This document shows, piece by piece, positions 18,309 through 27,287 of a stretch of 64,000 nucleotides of DNA. Position 1 is the first letter of the stretch. Every line of letters starts with the position of its first letter. The notes beneath the pieces are model-generated. The model had not been told where the DNA came from. It did not search any database and saw only the letters and a list, made by a program, of their open reading frames with translations. Source of the DNA: Candidatus Krumholzibacteriia bacterium (lineage in GTDB: Bacteria; Krumholzibacteriota; Krumholzibacteriia; LZORAL124-64-63). The translations under genes were made by a program, and so were the position numbers. The DNA lies in assembly GCA_035447065.1 (NCBI GenBank), contig DAOTGJ010000004.1, positions 12,231-76,230 on the forward strand, written 5' to 3'.

Positions 18309-20407
18309 CAGAACGGATACCCCAGCGAGAAGTGATAGACCACGCGGCTGTCGGCGTCGGTCTCCGACGTGCGCGCCCGCTTCAGCGGGAAGCCCACGTC
18401 CACGCGCACCGGTCCCACGGGCGTGTCCACGCGCACGCCCGTGCCCAGGCTCCAGCGGTAGTCGGTGAGCTTGGTGGAGGCGTCGTCCTCAGGATCGCCC
18501 GGGTCCGAGGTGAGCCGGAAGTCCTCCAGGCTCACGTCGCGCAGGCGCTCCCACACGTTGCCGCCGTCCAGGAAGAACACGCCGCCCACGTTCCACGCGC
18601 TGAGCACGGGCACGGGGAAGCGCCACTCCACGTTGCTCAGCAGCAGGTAGTTGCCGCCGCGGGCGGGCTGGTCCGGCAGGGGCACGTCGCTGGAGAGCTG
18701 CAGGCTGTCCAGCAGGGCCGGATCCGTGATCTGGGGCCCCAGGCTGCGCTCCTCGTAGCCGCGCACCGACGACACGCCGCCGGCGAAGTAGCGCTCCTGG
18801 TACGGCACCCCGTCGGCGCCGCGGTCCAGCGACCCGGCGTAGGGCCGCACCACGCCCGCGCTCACCCGCACGGCCAGCACGCCGCCCAGGGGGGTGCCCG
18901 TGTAGCCGTGCCAGCTCGAGGACAGCTTCCAGAAGGAGTTGTCGCCGCCCAGGGGGCCGCCGGCCACCTCGGCCAGGCCGGTGCGCAGGGAGCCGCGGCG
19001 GGGACGCACCGGGTCGTCGCGCTCCTCGTCGTACACGTTCCAGCTCAACGAGCGGGTGGAGGCGGCGGTGAGCCCGGCGGCGCGCCAGCGGTTCTGCATC
19101 TCCTCGATGGCGTCGGGATGGATCTCCGGCTCCACGCGCTCCACGCCGAAGGCCAGCGTGTTCACGGTGTGGTCGCCGGGCCGGAAGCGCGTGCCCGTGC
19201 GGAAGCCGCGCGTGCGCAGGTTCAGGCCCGACTCGCCGCGGGTCTCCTTCTCGACGTAGAAGTTGGTGTCCAGGCCGAAGCGGCCCAGCAGGTCCGGGTA
19301 GTTGTGGTTCAGCTCGTAGTGGTAGTTCAGCTCCGGGTCCGCCGCGCCGTCGCTCAGGCGCTGCACGTCCTCGTAGTTGAGGGCGTTGCGCGCGCGCAGG
19401 CCCAGCTTCTGACCCGTGCCGAAGAGGTTGTTGTGGCCCCAGCCGGCCAGCACGCGGATGCGCTCGCGGCTGCCCACGCCGAAACCGAACTCGTAGTAGG
19501 CGGGCTTGCGCTCCACCACCACCACCTCCAGGTCCGCCAGGCCCAGCAGGCTGTCCATGCGCGTGGGGCGGAAGGAGACGTCGCGGAACAGGGACGTCTC
19601 CACCAGGCGGTCGCGGGAGTCCTCCACCGCGCTCCAGCGGAAGAAGGCCCCGGGCTTGACCTGCAGGCGCTTGCGGATCAGCTCCGGCCGCGTGCGCTCC
19701 GCGCCCACGATGGTCACGTCGCCCACCACGTAGCGCGGGCCGGGACGCACGTGGTAGGCCAGCGCGGCGCCCAGGTGCAGGGAGTCGGGCGGCGCGGCGG
19801 GGCGCAGCTCCGGATCGATGGTCACGCCCAGGTGCCCGCGCTCCCAGAGGCCGGTGCGCAGGCGGTAGAGGTCCGGGCCCAGGTCGTTCAGGTCGCCGGG
19901 CGCGGGCACGCCGGGGCGGTAGCGGAGCTGCTCGCGCAGGCCCAGGTCCACCAGACCCTCGGCGCCCGGAAAGGACACCTCCACCAGGTCCGTGCGCGGA
20001 CCCTCGGTCACGCCGATGCGGATCACGTCGCCGCGGCCCTCGGGATCCTCCGTCACCGTGAGCAGCTCCACGCGCACGTCGTGGTAGCCGCGCTGGCGGT
20101 ACCAGCGCGCCAGCACGCCCAGCTCCACCTCCAGCAGATGGGGCTGGTAGCGGGCGGTGCGGTCCGACAGGCCCAGGAGCATGAGGGGATGGAAGCGGCG
20201 GGGCTCGCGGATCTTGAGCAGGCTCCTGAGCTCGCCGTCGTCGAAGGCCCGGTTGCCCTCGATCAGGATGCGGAAGACCTGGTGCTGCTCCAGGCCGAAA
20301 TCCAGCTCGCTCACCGCGGCGGCGCGGCCGACGCCCAGCAGGACGAGGCCGCACAGGAGCAGAAGCGTGCGGCTCACGCGGCCGCTAGCGTGCCGGGGGA
20401 AACTCAT
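18308..20407 (-). CDS. Omp85-family outer membrane protein assembly factor (BamA/TamA-like, POTRA plus barrel)
   Basis: Signal peptide, POTRA-like repeats, barrel with VRGY L6 motif, ending ...VYHFSLGYPF. It sits in the position occupied by bamA downstream of rseP in proteobacteria. Confidence 0.8.
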   Translation of the reverse strand: MSFPRHASGRVSRTLLLLCGLVLLGVGRAAAVSELDFGLEQHQVFRILIEGNRAFDDGELRSLLKIREPRRFHPLMLLGLSDRTARYQPHLLEVELGVLARWYRQRGYHDVRVELLTVTEDPEGRGDVIRIGVTEGPRTDLVEVSFPGAEGLVDLGLREQLRYRPGVPAPGDLNDLGPDLYRLRTGLWERGHLGVTIDPELRPAAPPDSLHLGAALAYHVRPGPRYVVGDVTIVGAERTRPELIRKRLQVKPGAFFRWSAVEDSRDRLVETSLFRDVSFRPTRMDSLLGLADLEVVVVERKPAYYEFGFGVGSRERIRVLAGWGHNNLFGTGQKLGLRARNALNYEDVQRLSDGAADPELNYHYELNHNYPDLLGRFGLDTNFYVEKETRGESGLNLRTRGFRTGTRFRPGDHTVNTLAFGVERVEPEIHPDAIEEMQNRWRAAGLTAASTRSLSWNVYDEERDDPVRPRRGSLRTGLAEVAGGPLGGDNSFWKLSSSWHGYTGTPLGGVLAVRVSAGVVRPYAGSLDRGADGVPYQERYFAGGVSSVRGYEERSLGPQITDPALLDSLQLSSDVPLPDQPARGGNYLLLSNVEWRFPVPVLSAWNVGGVFFLDGGNVWERLRDVSLEDFRLTSDPGDPEDDASTKLTDYRWSLGTGVRVDTPVGPVRVDVGFPLKRARTSETDADSRVVYHFSLGYPF

Positions 20408-20476
20408 CTTGCTCCGCGCCCCGATTCATCCCATGCTCCCGTGCGTCGACCCGCGAGGTCCGTCCCGGAGGTCATC

Positions 20477-20884
20477 ATGCCGCGTCGCGTCCTGCCGCTC
20501 GTCTGCCTCTGCGCGCTGCTCCTGCCGCTGGCGTCCTGCCGCGAGGAGAACGCGCCCCTGGGCGTGTCCGACCTCACTCCGGCCGAGCTCGAATACGTCA
20601 CCCGTTTCGTCCAGCTCGAACGGGCCCGGGCCGTCTCCCTGCGGGACCGTCCCGCCGGCGAGGCCCTGCTGGATTCCATGGCCGCGGCCTGGGGCGACTC
20701 CGCCCTGGCCCGCGCCGAGGCCGCCCTCTCGCCGGACACCGATCGTCTGGCCGCCTTCCACGACCTGCTGTCCCGCCTGCTCGAGGCCGAGGAGGACAGC
20801 CTCCTGGAGAACCCGTCGCCGGAACGCCTGACCGCGCCCCTACCGGCGCCCGCCACGGACGATCCGCCGCCGCCGCCCTCCTAG
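20477..20884 (+). CDS. small predicted lipoprotein, function unknown
   Basis: This is the 3' part of track ORF 18290..20884. An internal ATG at 20477 gives MPRRVLPLVCLCALLLPLASC (lipobox LASC), then 110 aa of helical, acidic sequence. The rest of that long ORF is antisense to the Omp85 gene. Confidence 0.45.
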   Translation: MPRRVLPLVCLCALLLPLASCREENAPLGVSDLTPAELEYVTRFVQLERARAVSLRDRPAGEALLDSMAAAWGDSALARAEAALSPDTDRLAAFHDLLSRLLEAEEDSLLENPSPERLTAPLPAPATDDPPPPPS

Positions 20885-22263
20885 CTGGGGATCACCCGCA
20901 GCACGTCCTTCACGATCACCGTGATCATGAACAGCATGAGCACGATGAGTCCCACCTGCGTGGCGATGGCCTGCACCCGCTGGTGCACAGAGCGGCCGAA
21001 GACCATCTCATAGAGGATGAACACCACGTGTCCGCCGTCCAGCACCGGGATGGGCAGCAGGTTCAGCAGGAACAGGTTCACGCTGAAGAAGGCCACGAAC
21101 TGCATCAGGTGGCCGAAGCTCCAGCGCAGCATCTCCCCGGCCACCTGCCCCACGCGGATGGGACCGCCCACGGCGTCCATGCCCGCGTCGAAGATCAGCG
21201 GCAGCGACCCCACGATGCCCATGACCGTGCCCCAGGTGGCGCGCCAGCCCAGGGCCACCGCGCTCAGCGGCCCCACGGCCTCCGACTCGAAGTAGCGTTC
21301 GAAGTTCAGGCGCCCCACGGTGGAGTCCGGCAGCACCTCCACCGCCTCGGGCGTGACCAGGGCCTGCATGGCGCGTCCGTCGCGCTCCCAGGCCACGGTC
21401 AGCGCACGGCCCGGATTGGCGCTCACGATGCGGGCGATGCTCCCGAAGGAGCGCACCGTCTCGCCGTCCACGCTCACGATGCGGTCGCCCCGCTGCAGAC
21501 CCGCCTCCGCGGCCGGGCCGCCCTTCTGCACCAGGCCCACGCGCGTGTCGCCGGGCTCCAGCCCCACGTTCCAGACGCCGTCCTCCAGGCCGGGCCGCAG
21601 GGTCACGGTGCGGGTCGCCCCGTCGCGCTCCACCTGCAGGTCCACGGGCCCCGGCGCCGGGTCGGCGGCCTGCGAGGCCTCCACCACGGCGTCGGTCACC
21701 GCGGTCCAGTTGTGCACGGCGTGGGAGCCCACGCCCACGATGCGGTCGCCCACCTGCAGCCCCGCCGCCGCCGCCGGCGAGTCCGCGCGCACGTGGCCCA
21801 CCTCCGTGGTGGGCACCACCATGAGGCCCGTGTCCCACACGCTGCCCGTGAAGATCACGAAGGCCAGCAGCAGGTTGGCCAGCGGTCCCGCCACCACCAC
21901 GGCCAGACGCTGCCACGCGGGCCGCGCGCGGAAGTGGCGGTGCTCGGGGATGGCGTCGTCGCGCATGGCCGCGAGCTGGTCGCCCTCCGCCGTGCCGATG
22001 GGATAGTGGTACTGCTCGCCGGTGCCGGCGTCCTGGATCTCCTCCATGACGCCCTCCCCCGCCATCTTCACGTAGCCGCCGAAGGGCACGGCGCTCAGGG
22101 CGTACTCCGTCTCCCCGTAGCGCCAGCGCAGCAGCTTGGGGCCGAAGCCGATGGAGAAGGTCTTCACGTAGATCCCCGTCCACTTGCAGACGAGGAAGTG
22201 CCCCAGCTCGTGGATCAGGATCACGAGCCCCAGGGTCACGACGAAGGCGATCAGGATGGACAT
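20881..22263 (-). CDS. rseP: RIP metalloprotease RseP (site-2 protease, M50 family with PDZ domains)
   Basis: The true start is MSILIAFVVTLGLVILIHELGHF (HExxH in TM1). PDZ domains are present, and the C-terminal LNLLPIPVLDGGHV motif. The track ORF over-extends 5' into dxr. Confidence 0.9.
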   Translation of the reverse strand: MSILIAFVVTLGLVILIHELGHFLVCKWTGIYVKTFSIGFGPKLLRWRYGETEYALSAVPFGGYVKMAGEGVMEEIQDAGTGEQYHYPIGTAEGDQLAAMRDDAIPEHRHFRARPAWQRLAVVVAGPLANLLLAFVIFTGSVWDTGLMVVPTTEVGHVRADSPAAAAGLQVGDRIVGVGSHAVHNWTAVTDAVVEASQAADPAPGPVDLQVERDGATRTVTLRPGLEDGVWNVGLEPGDTRVGLVQKGGPAAEAGLQRGDRIVSVDGETVRSFGSIARIVSANPGRALTVAWERDGRAMQALVTPEAVEVLPDSTVGRLNFERYFESEAVGPLSAVALGWRATWGTVMGIVGSLPLIFDAGMDAVGGPIRVGQVAGEMLRWSFGHLMQFVAFFSVNLFLLNLLPIPVLDGGHVVFILYEMVFGRSVHQRVQAIATQVGLIVLMLFMITVIVKDVLRVIPS

Positions 22264-22283
22264 GCTCTCTTCCTTGCGTCGGG

Positions 22284-23516
22284 TCAGGCGCGGGCGCGGC
22301 GCTGCAGGAGATCGCGGGCGGCGTCGCGGGCCGCGGCGTCGGCGGCCAGGGCGTCGTCCAGGGAGCGCACCGGCGCGGCGGGCGTCGCCGCGAGGACGTC
22401 GCCGATCACCGCGGCGATGTCGGAATAGCCCACACGGTCGGCCAGGAACGCCGCCACGGCCACCTCGTTGGCGGCGTTGAGCGCGATGGTGGCCGTGCCG
22501 CCCGCCTCGCCCGCGGCGCGCGCCAGGGCGAGGCAGGGGAACCGCTCCGGATCCGGCCGCTCGAAGCGCAGCTCGCCCAGGGCCGCCAGGTCCAGCCGCG
22601 GTCCGTCCAGGGGCTCGTGCCGCTCGCCCCACACGGCGTAGAGCAGGGGCACGCGCATGTCCGGCGCTCCGAGCTGGGCCATCACCGCGCCGTCGCGGAA
22701 CTCGGCCAGAGAATGCACGATGGAGCCGGGATGCACCACCACGTCGATGTCCCGGTACGGGGTGCCGAAGAGCACGTGCGCCTCGATCACCTCCAGGCCC
22801 TTGTTCATCAGCGTGGCCGAGTCCACCGAGATCTTGGGGCCCATGTCCCAGGTGGGGTGGGCCAGCACCTCGGCGCGGGTGGCCGCGGCCATGCGCTCCG
22901 CGCTCCAGGTGCGCAGGGGGCCGCCCGATGCGGTCAGGATCAGGCGCGCCAGCTCCCGCGGACGGCGCCCGCTCAAACACTGCGCCAGGGCCGAGTGTTC
23001 CGAGTCCACGGGGATGATCCTGGCGCCGTGCCGCGCCGCGGCCTCGCGCACCAGGTCCCCGCCCATGACCAGGGCCTCCTTGTTGGCCAGGGCCAGGGTG
23101 CGGCCGCGGGCGCAGGCGGCCAGGGTGGGCGGCAGGCCCGCGGCGCCCACCAGGCCGTTGACCACCACGTCCACGTCGCCCAGGCCGGCGGCCTGGGCCA
23201 CGCCCTCCGCCCCCGGCGGCAGCAGCCGGCGGCCCAGCACGGGGTCCGCGGCGGCGCGGGCGTGGGCCTCGGCGTCGGCCACGGCGATCCAGGGCCGGTC
23301 CGCGGCGCCGGAAGCCTCCAGTCGGCGCACCAGCGCGGCCAGCTCCTCGGTGCGGCTGTTGGCGGTGAGCACGGTCACGCGCAGGCGCTCGGGGTCGCGC
23401 AGCACCAGGTCCAGCATCTGGGTGCCGATGGAGCCCGTGGCTCCCAGCACCGCCAGGCGCACCGGCGCCTCGGGGCGGCGCGGGGGCTCGCCCATCGCGT
23501 ACAGGGCGCCGCTCAC
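22284..23516 (-). CDS. dxr: 1-deoxy-D-xylulose 5-phosphate reductoisomerase
   Basis: LAVLGATGSIGTQ NADPH motif, ..ANKEALV.., ..DSEHSAL.., 410 aa. Confidence 0.9.
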   Translation of the reverse strand: MSGALYAMGEPPRRPEAPVRLAVLGATGSIGTQMLDLVLRDPERLRVTVLTANSRTEELAALVRRLEASGAADRPWIAVADAEAHARAAADPVLGRRLLPPGAEGVAQAAGLGDVDVVVNGLVGAAGLPPTLAACARGRTLALANKEALVMGGDLVREAAARHGARIIPVDSEHSALAQCLSGRRPRELARLILTASGGPLRTWSAERMAAATRAEVLAHPTWDMGPKISVDSATLMNKGLEVIEAHVLFGTPYRDIDVVVHPGSIVHSLAEFRDGAVMAQLGAPDMRVPLLYAVWGERHEPLDGPRLDLAALGELRFERPDPERFPCLALARAAGEAGGTATIALNAANEVAVAAFLADRVGYSDIAAVIGDVLAATPAAPVRSLDDALAADAAARDAARDLLQRRARA

Positions 23517-24388
23517 GAGGCCCAGCCCAGCGCCAGGGCCCAGTAGAGGATCGGCGCGTTGAAGAAGAGGGAATCGAAGCGGTCCAGCACGCCGCCGTGG
23601 CCGGGCAGCAGGCCGGCGGTGTCCTTCACGCCGGCGTCGCGCTTGAGGGCCGACTCCACCAGGTCGCCCACCTGGCCCGCCACGCCGCAGATCAGGCCCA
23701 GCGTCAGGCCGGCCAGCGGCGAGAGAAGCGGCGCGCCGAAGGTCTCGGCCACCAGCCAGCCGGCCGCGCCGGCCGCCAGCAGGCCGCCCACGGCGCCCTC
23801 CCGCGACTTCTTGGGCGAGATGCTGGGCACCAGGGGCGTGCGGCCCATGCTCACGCCCACCACGTAGGCGAAGGTGTCGCAGGCCCAGGTGACCGCGGCC
23901 AGAAGGCCCAGGGCGCGGGCGCCGGCCAAGGGATCGGGGTGCTCCAGCCCGCGCAGCAGCCCCAGGTGCGCGCCGGGCAGGGCCACGTAGACCACGCCGA
24001 AGACGGAGGTGGCCACGTCGGCCACGAAGCCGCGCCGGTCGCGGCGCAGCAGCGTGGCGCTGCTGAGCACGAGGACGGCGGCGGTGATCAGGGCCACCGC
24101 CGGCCAGCCGCGCTCCAGGCCCGCCGCCACGCCGCCGCCCAGCAGCAGCATGGCCGCCTGGAAGGGGCGCCGCCCGGCGGCGCGGGCCAGCAGCTCGTAC
24201 TCCCGCAGGCCCAGCAGCACGACGGCCAGCACCAGGGCCTGGAAGCCCAGGCCGCCGTGGTATCCCAGCCAGATCAGCAGGGGTGCGCCGACGAGCGCCA
24301 CCAGGGTGCGCGGCAGGATGCCGGATCCGAGAAACCGGCCCCTGCGGGAGCCGGTCACGGGGTCGGGGGGCGGGGGCGCGCCGCTCAC
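23513..24388 (-). CDS. cdsA: phosphatidate cytidylyltransferase
   Basis: Multi-TM protein with the CdsA C-terminal signature (SxxKRxxGVKDxGxLxPGHGGxxDRxDS: ..SALKRDAGVKDTAGLLPGHGGVLDRFDS..). It sits in the uppS-cdsA-dxr-rseP context. Confidence 0.8.
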   Translation of the reverse strand: MSGAPPPPDPVTGSRRGRFLGSGILPRTLVALVGAPLLIWLGYHGGLGFQALVLAVVLLGLREYELLARAAGRRPFQAAMLLLGGGVAAGLERGWPAVALITAAVLVLSSATLLRRDRRGFVADVATSVFGVVYVALPGAHLGLLRGLEHPDPLAGARALGLLAAVTWACDTFAYVVGVSMGRTPLVPSISPKKSREGAVGGLLAAGAAGWLVAETFGAPLLSPLAGLTLGLICGVAGQVGDLVESALKRDAGVKDTAGLLPGHGGVLDRFDSLFFNAPILYWALALGWAS

Positions 24389-25230
24389 GAACGCACCTTC
24401 AGCAGACGTTTCCAGCGCTCGGGATCCAGCAGGGAGCCGCCGCCGGCCGCCGGGGCGGCGTCGTCGCCCAGGGCGCCGAAGCGCCGCTCGCGGCCCTGGA
24501 AATCCTGCACGGCCAGCATGAACTCGCGCTCGTCGAAGTCCGGCCAGAAGGTGGGCGTGAAGTACATCTCGGCGTAGGCGCTCTGCCAGATGAGGAAGTT
24601 GCTGAGGCGGTGCTCGCCGCTGGTGCGGATCACCAGGTCCGGGTCCGGCAGGTCCGGCGAGTCCAGGCCGGCGCGCAGCTCGTCCTCGTCCACCTGGTCC
24701 GGGGTGATCTCGCCGCGGGCCACGCGCTCGGCGGCGCGGCGGGCGGCGCGCACGATCTCCGCGCGGCCGCCGTAGGCCAGGGCCAGGTTCAGGGTCAGGG
24801 CCGAGTTGCCGGCCAGGCGGTCGATGCCGCCCTGCAGGGCCGCGCGGGCGCGCTCGGGGATGCTCTCCAGGTCGCCGGTGGCGGTCAGGCGCACGCCCTG
24901 CTGGTCCAGGGCGTCGATCTCGCTGCCCAGCACCTCCTGCAGGAACATCCAGAGGGCCTTGACCTCGGCCTCCGGCCGCTTCCAGTTCTCCTGGGAGAAG
25001 GTGTAGAGGGTGAGCACGTCCACGCCCAGGCGCAGGCAGGCCGCCACGGTGCGGCGCACGGCGTGGCGCCCGGCCCGATGGCCGGCCACGCGGGGCAGCC
25101 GGCGGCGGCTGGCCCAGCGCCCGTTGCCGTCCATGATCACGGCCACGTGGCGCGGGATGTTCCCCGCCGCCTTGAGCTCCCGCTCCAGGGCGTCCAGATC
25201 CGCGGCGGTGGTGGCCTTGGCGTCGCTCAC
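24385..25230 (-). CDS. uppS: isoprenyl transferase / undecaprenyl diphosphate synthase
   Basis: HVAVIMDGNGRWA and ..LTLYTFSQENWKRP.. UPPS motifs. Confidence 0.9.
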   Translation of the reverse strand: MSDAKATTAADLDALERELKAAGNIPRHVAVIMDGNGRWASRRRLPRVAGHRAGRHAVRRTVAACLRLGVDVLTLYTFSQENWKRPEAEVKALWMFLQEVLGSEIDALDQQGVRLTATGDLESIPERARAALQGGIDRLAGNSALTLNLALAYGGRAEIVRAARRAAERVARGEITPDQVDEDELRAGLDSPDLPDPDLVIRTSGEHRLSNFLIWQSAYAEMYFTPTFWPDFDEREFMLAVQDFQGRERRFGALGDDAAPAAGGGSLLDPERWKRLLKVRS

Positions 25231-25232
25231 GC

Positions 25233-25781
25233 TCAGATCTCCATGATCTCCGCTTCCTTCTCCTTGACGAGCTTGTCGATGTCGTCGCAGAAGCGGTCGG
25301 TCAGTTTCTGGACCTCGTCCTTGGCGGCGCGCGCCTCGTCCTCGGTCATGTCGTCGGCCTTCTTGATGGCGTCGTTGGCCGACTGCCGGGCCTTGCGCAC
25401 CGCCACCTTGCCCTGCTCGCCGAATTCACGGGCGTTCTTGGACATCTCGCGGCGGCGCTCCTCGGTCAGCTCCGGGATGGGCACGCGGATCACGTTGCCG
25501 TCGTTGCTGGGGTTCAGTCCCAGGCCGGCGGCCATGATGGCGCGCTCGATGTCGTTCAGGGTGGAGCGGTCGAAGGGCGCCACGGTCAGCAGCCGCGGCT
25601 CCGGCACGCCGATGTTCGCCAGCTGCTTGAGCGGCGTGGGCGAGCCGTAGTACTCCACGCGCACCGGATCCAGCAGCGCGGGCGTGGCCTTGCCCGTGCG
25701 GATCTTCGCCACGCGGCGGGCCAGGGCCTGGACCGCCTCCTCCATTTCCATCTCGGCTTCCTGCACCAGTTCGTGGCTCAT
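25233..25781 (-). CDS. frr: ribosome recycling factor
   Basis: 182 aa: ..VRVEYYGSPTPLKQLANI.. and ..VPIPELTEERRREMSK.. Confidence 0.9.
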   Translation of the reverse strand: MSHELVQEAEMEMEEAVQALARRVAKIRTGKATPALLDPVRVEYYGSPTPLKQLANIGVPEPRLLTVAPFDRSTLNDIERAIMAAGLGLNPSNDGNVIRVPIPELTEERRREMSKNAREFGEQGKVAVRKARQSANDAIKKADDMTEDEARAAKDEVQKLTDRFCDDIDKLVKEKEAEIMEI

Positions 25782-26545
25782 CTTGCGGACTCCTTGGTCA
25801 CCAGGGTGCCCTCCAGCTCCCCCCGCACCACGCGGCGCAGGTTGTCGGGATCGGAGATGTCGAAGACCATGATCGGCATGGCGTTCTCCTCGCAGAGGGC
25901 CAGGGCCGTCAGGTCCATGACGCGCAGTCGACGGTCGATGGCGACGTCGAAGCTCAGCGTGTCGTAGCGCACGGCGTCGGCGTGCCGCTTGGGATCCTTG
26001 TCGTACACGCCGTCCACCTGGGTGCCCTTCAGCAGGATGTCGGCCTGGATCTCCAGGGCGCGCAGGGCGGCGGCGCTGTCGGTGGTGAAGTACGGGTTGC
26101 CCGTGCCTCCCCCGAAGATCAGCACGGTCCGGTCCTGCAGCAAGGGCAGGGCCCGGTCCCGCGAGAAGGCCCGGCCCAGGGGCGGGCGCTCGTCCGGCGT
26201 CAGCACCACGGCGCGGGTGCCCTCGGCGCGCAGGTAGTCGCGCAGCACGGCGGCGTTCATCATGGTGGCCAGCATGCCCACGTGGTCCGCGGTGACGCGG
26301 TTCATGGTGTCCAGGTTGGCCGAGCGGGCCCGGAACAGGTTGCCCGCGCCCACCACCACGGCGATCTGGACCTTCTCCTCCACCAGGTCGGCGATGACGC
26401 GGGCCAGCGCCGCCAGCTTCTCGTGGCCGAAGGGATCGCCGTCGGCGGCCAGGGCCTCACCGCTGAGCTTGAGCAGGATGCGCGAATAGCGGTTGGAGAC
26501 CACGGCGTCCTCCCGCGGCGCCGCCCAGGCGACGCCGGATGGCAT
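25778..26545 (-). CDS. pyrH: UMP kinase
   Basis: YSRILLKLSGEAL, VVGAGNLFRA, FGGGTGNPYFTTDSAAALRA. The N-terminal ~15 aa may be over-extended. Confidence 0.85.
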   Translation of the reverse strand: MPSGVAWAAPREDAVVSNRYSRILLKLSGEALAADGDPFGHEKLAALARVIADLVEEKVQIAVVVGAGNLFRARSANLDTMNRVTADHVGMLATMMNAAVLRDYLRAEGTRAVVLTPDERPPLGRAFSRDRALPLLQDRTVLIFGGGTGNPYFTTDSAAALRALEIQADILLKGTQVDGVYDKDPKRHADAVRYDTLSFDVAIDRRLRVMDLTALALCEENAMPIMVFDISDPDNLRRVVRGELEGTLVTKESAR

Positions 26546-26589
26546 AAAAAAAGGCCCGGACCCAAACGAGTCCGGGCCCGATGCGGCGT

Positions 26590-27183
26590 CTAGCCGCCGA
26601 TCTGGAAGCGCACGAACCGCTTGATGGCCATGTTCTCGCCCAGCGACCCGATCTTGCTCTGCAGGAACTCCTGGATGGTCATGTCCGGGTCCTTCACGTA
26701 GGACTGCTCCAGCAGGCAGACCTCGCTGTAGAACTTGTCTACCTTCCCCGCCACGATCTTGTCAATGATATTGTCCGGCTTGCCCTCTTCCTTCATCTGG
26801 GCCTTGTAGATCTCGGCCTCCTTCTGGACCAGCGAGGCGTCCACGCTCTCGCGGTCGAGGGCCTGAGGGCTGGCGGCGGCGATGTGCATGGCCACGTCGT
26901 GGCAGAACTGCTTGAACTCGTCGGTGCGGGCCACGAAGTCCGTCTCGCAGTTGATCTCCAGCAGCACGCCCACCTGGCCGCCCTGGTGGATGTAGCTCTC
27001 CACCAGGCCGTTGGCCGTGGCGCGGCCTTCCTTCTTGGCGGCCTTGGCGATGCCCTTGGTGCGCAGGTACTCCACGGCCTTGTCGAAGTCGCCGTCGCTC
27101 TCGGTCAGCGCCTTCTTGCAGTCCATCATGCCGGCGTTGGTGGCCGCGCGCAGGTCGGCGACCATCTTGGCGGTGATTCCCAT
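26590..27183 (-). CDS. tsf: elongation factor Ts (short form, ~197 aa)
   Basis: The true start is MGITAKMVADLRAATNAGMMDCKKAL with a GGAGGA RBS 4 nt upstream. The track ORF over-extends into rpsB. Confidence 0.85.
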   Translation of the reverse strand: MGITAKMVADLRAATNAGMMDCKKALTESDGDFDKAVEYLRTKGIAKAAKKEGRATANGLVESYIHQGGQVGVLLEINCETDFVARTDEFKQFCHDVAMHIAAASPQALDRESVDASLVQKEAEIYKAQMKEEGKPDNIIDKIVAGKVDKFYSEVCLLEQSYVKDPDMTIQEFLQSKIGSLGENMAIKRFVRFQIGG

Positions 27184-27287
27184 GATCTCCTCCGTCGGAC
27201 GGCGTTCCCGTCCGTGTTGGTTCTGGTCCTGGTTGACGAGCGGGAGCGCGGGCCGCCGTCCGCGCGGGGCGGACGGCGGCCGCGGGA

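Noticed and set aside
14034-18335. 1433-aa plus-strand ORF
   Set aside because: Antisense to tamB. The composition (H, Q, A, G, V runs) is artefactual, and the opposite strand has a convincing homologue.
18290-20476. 5' 730 codons of the 864-aa plus-strand ORF 18290..20884
   Set aside because: Antisense to the Omp85 gene. Only the last 135 codons, from the internal ATG at 20477, look like a real lipoprotein gene.
20404-20856. 150-aa minus-strand ORF
   Set aside because: Antisense to the small lipoprotein gene. Arg/Ser-rich artefact composition.
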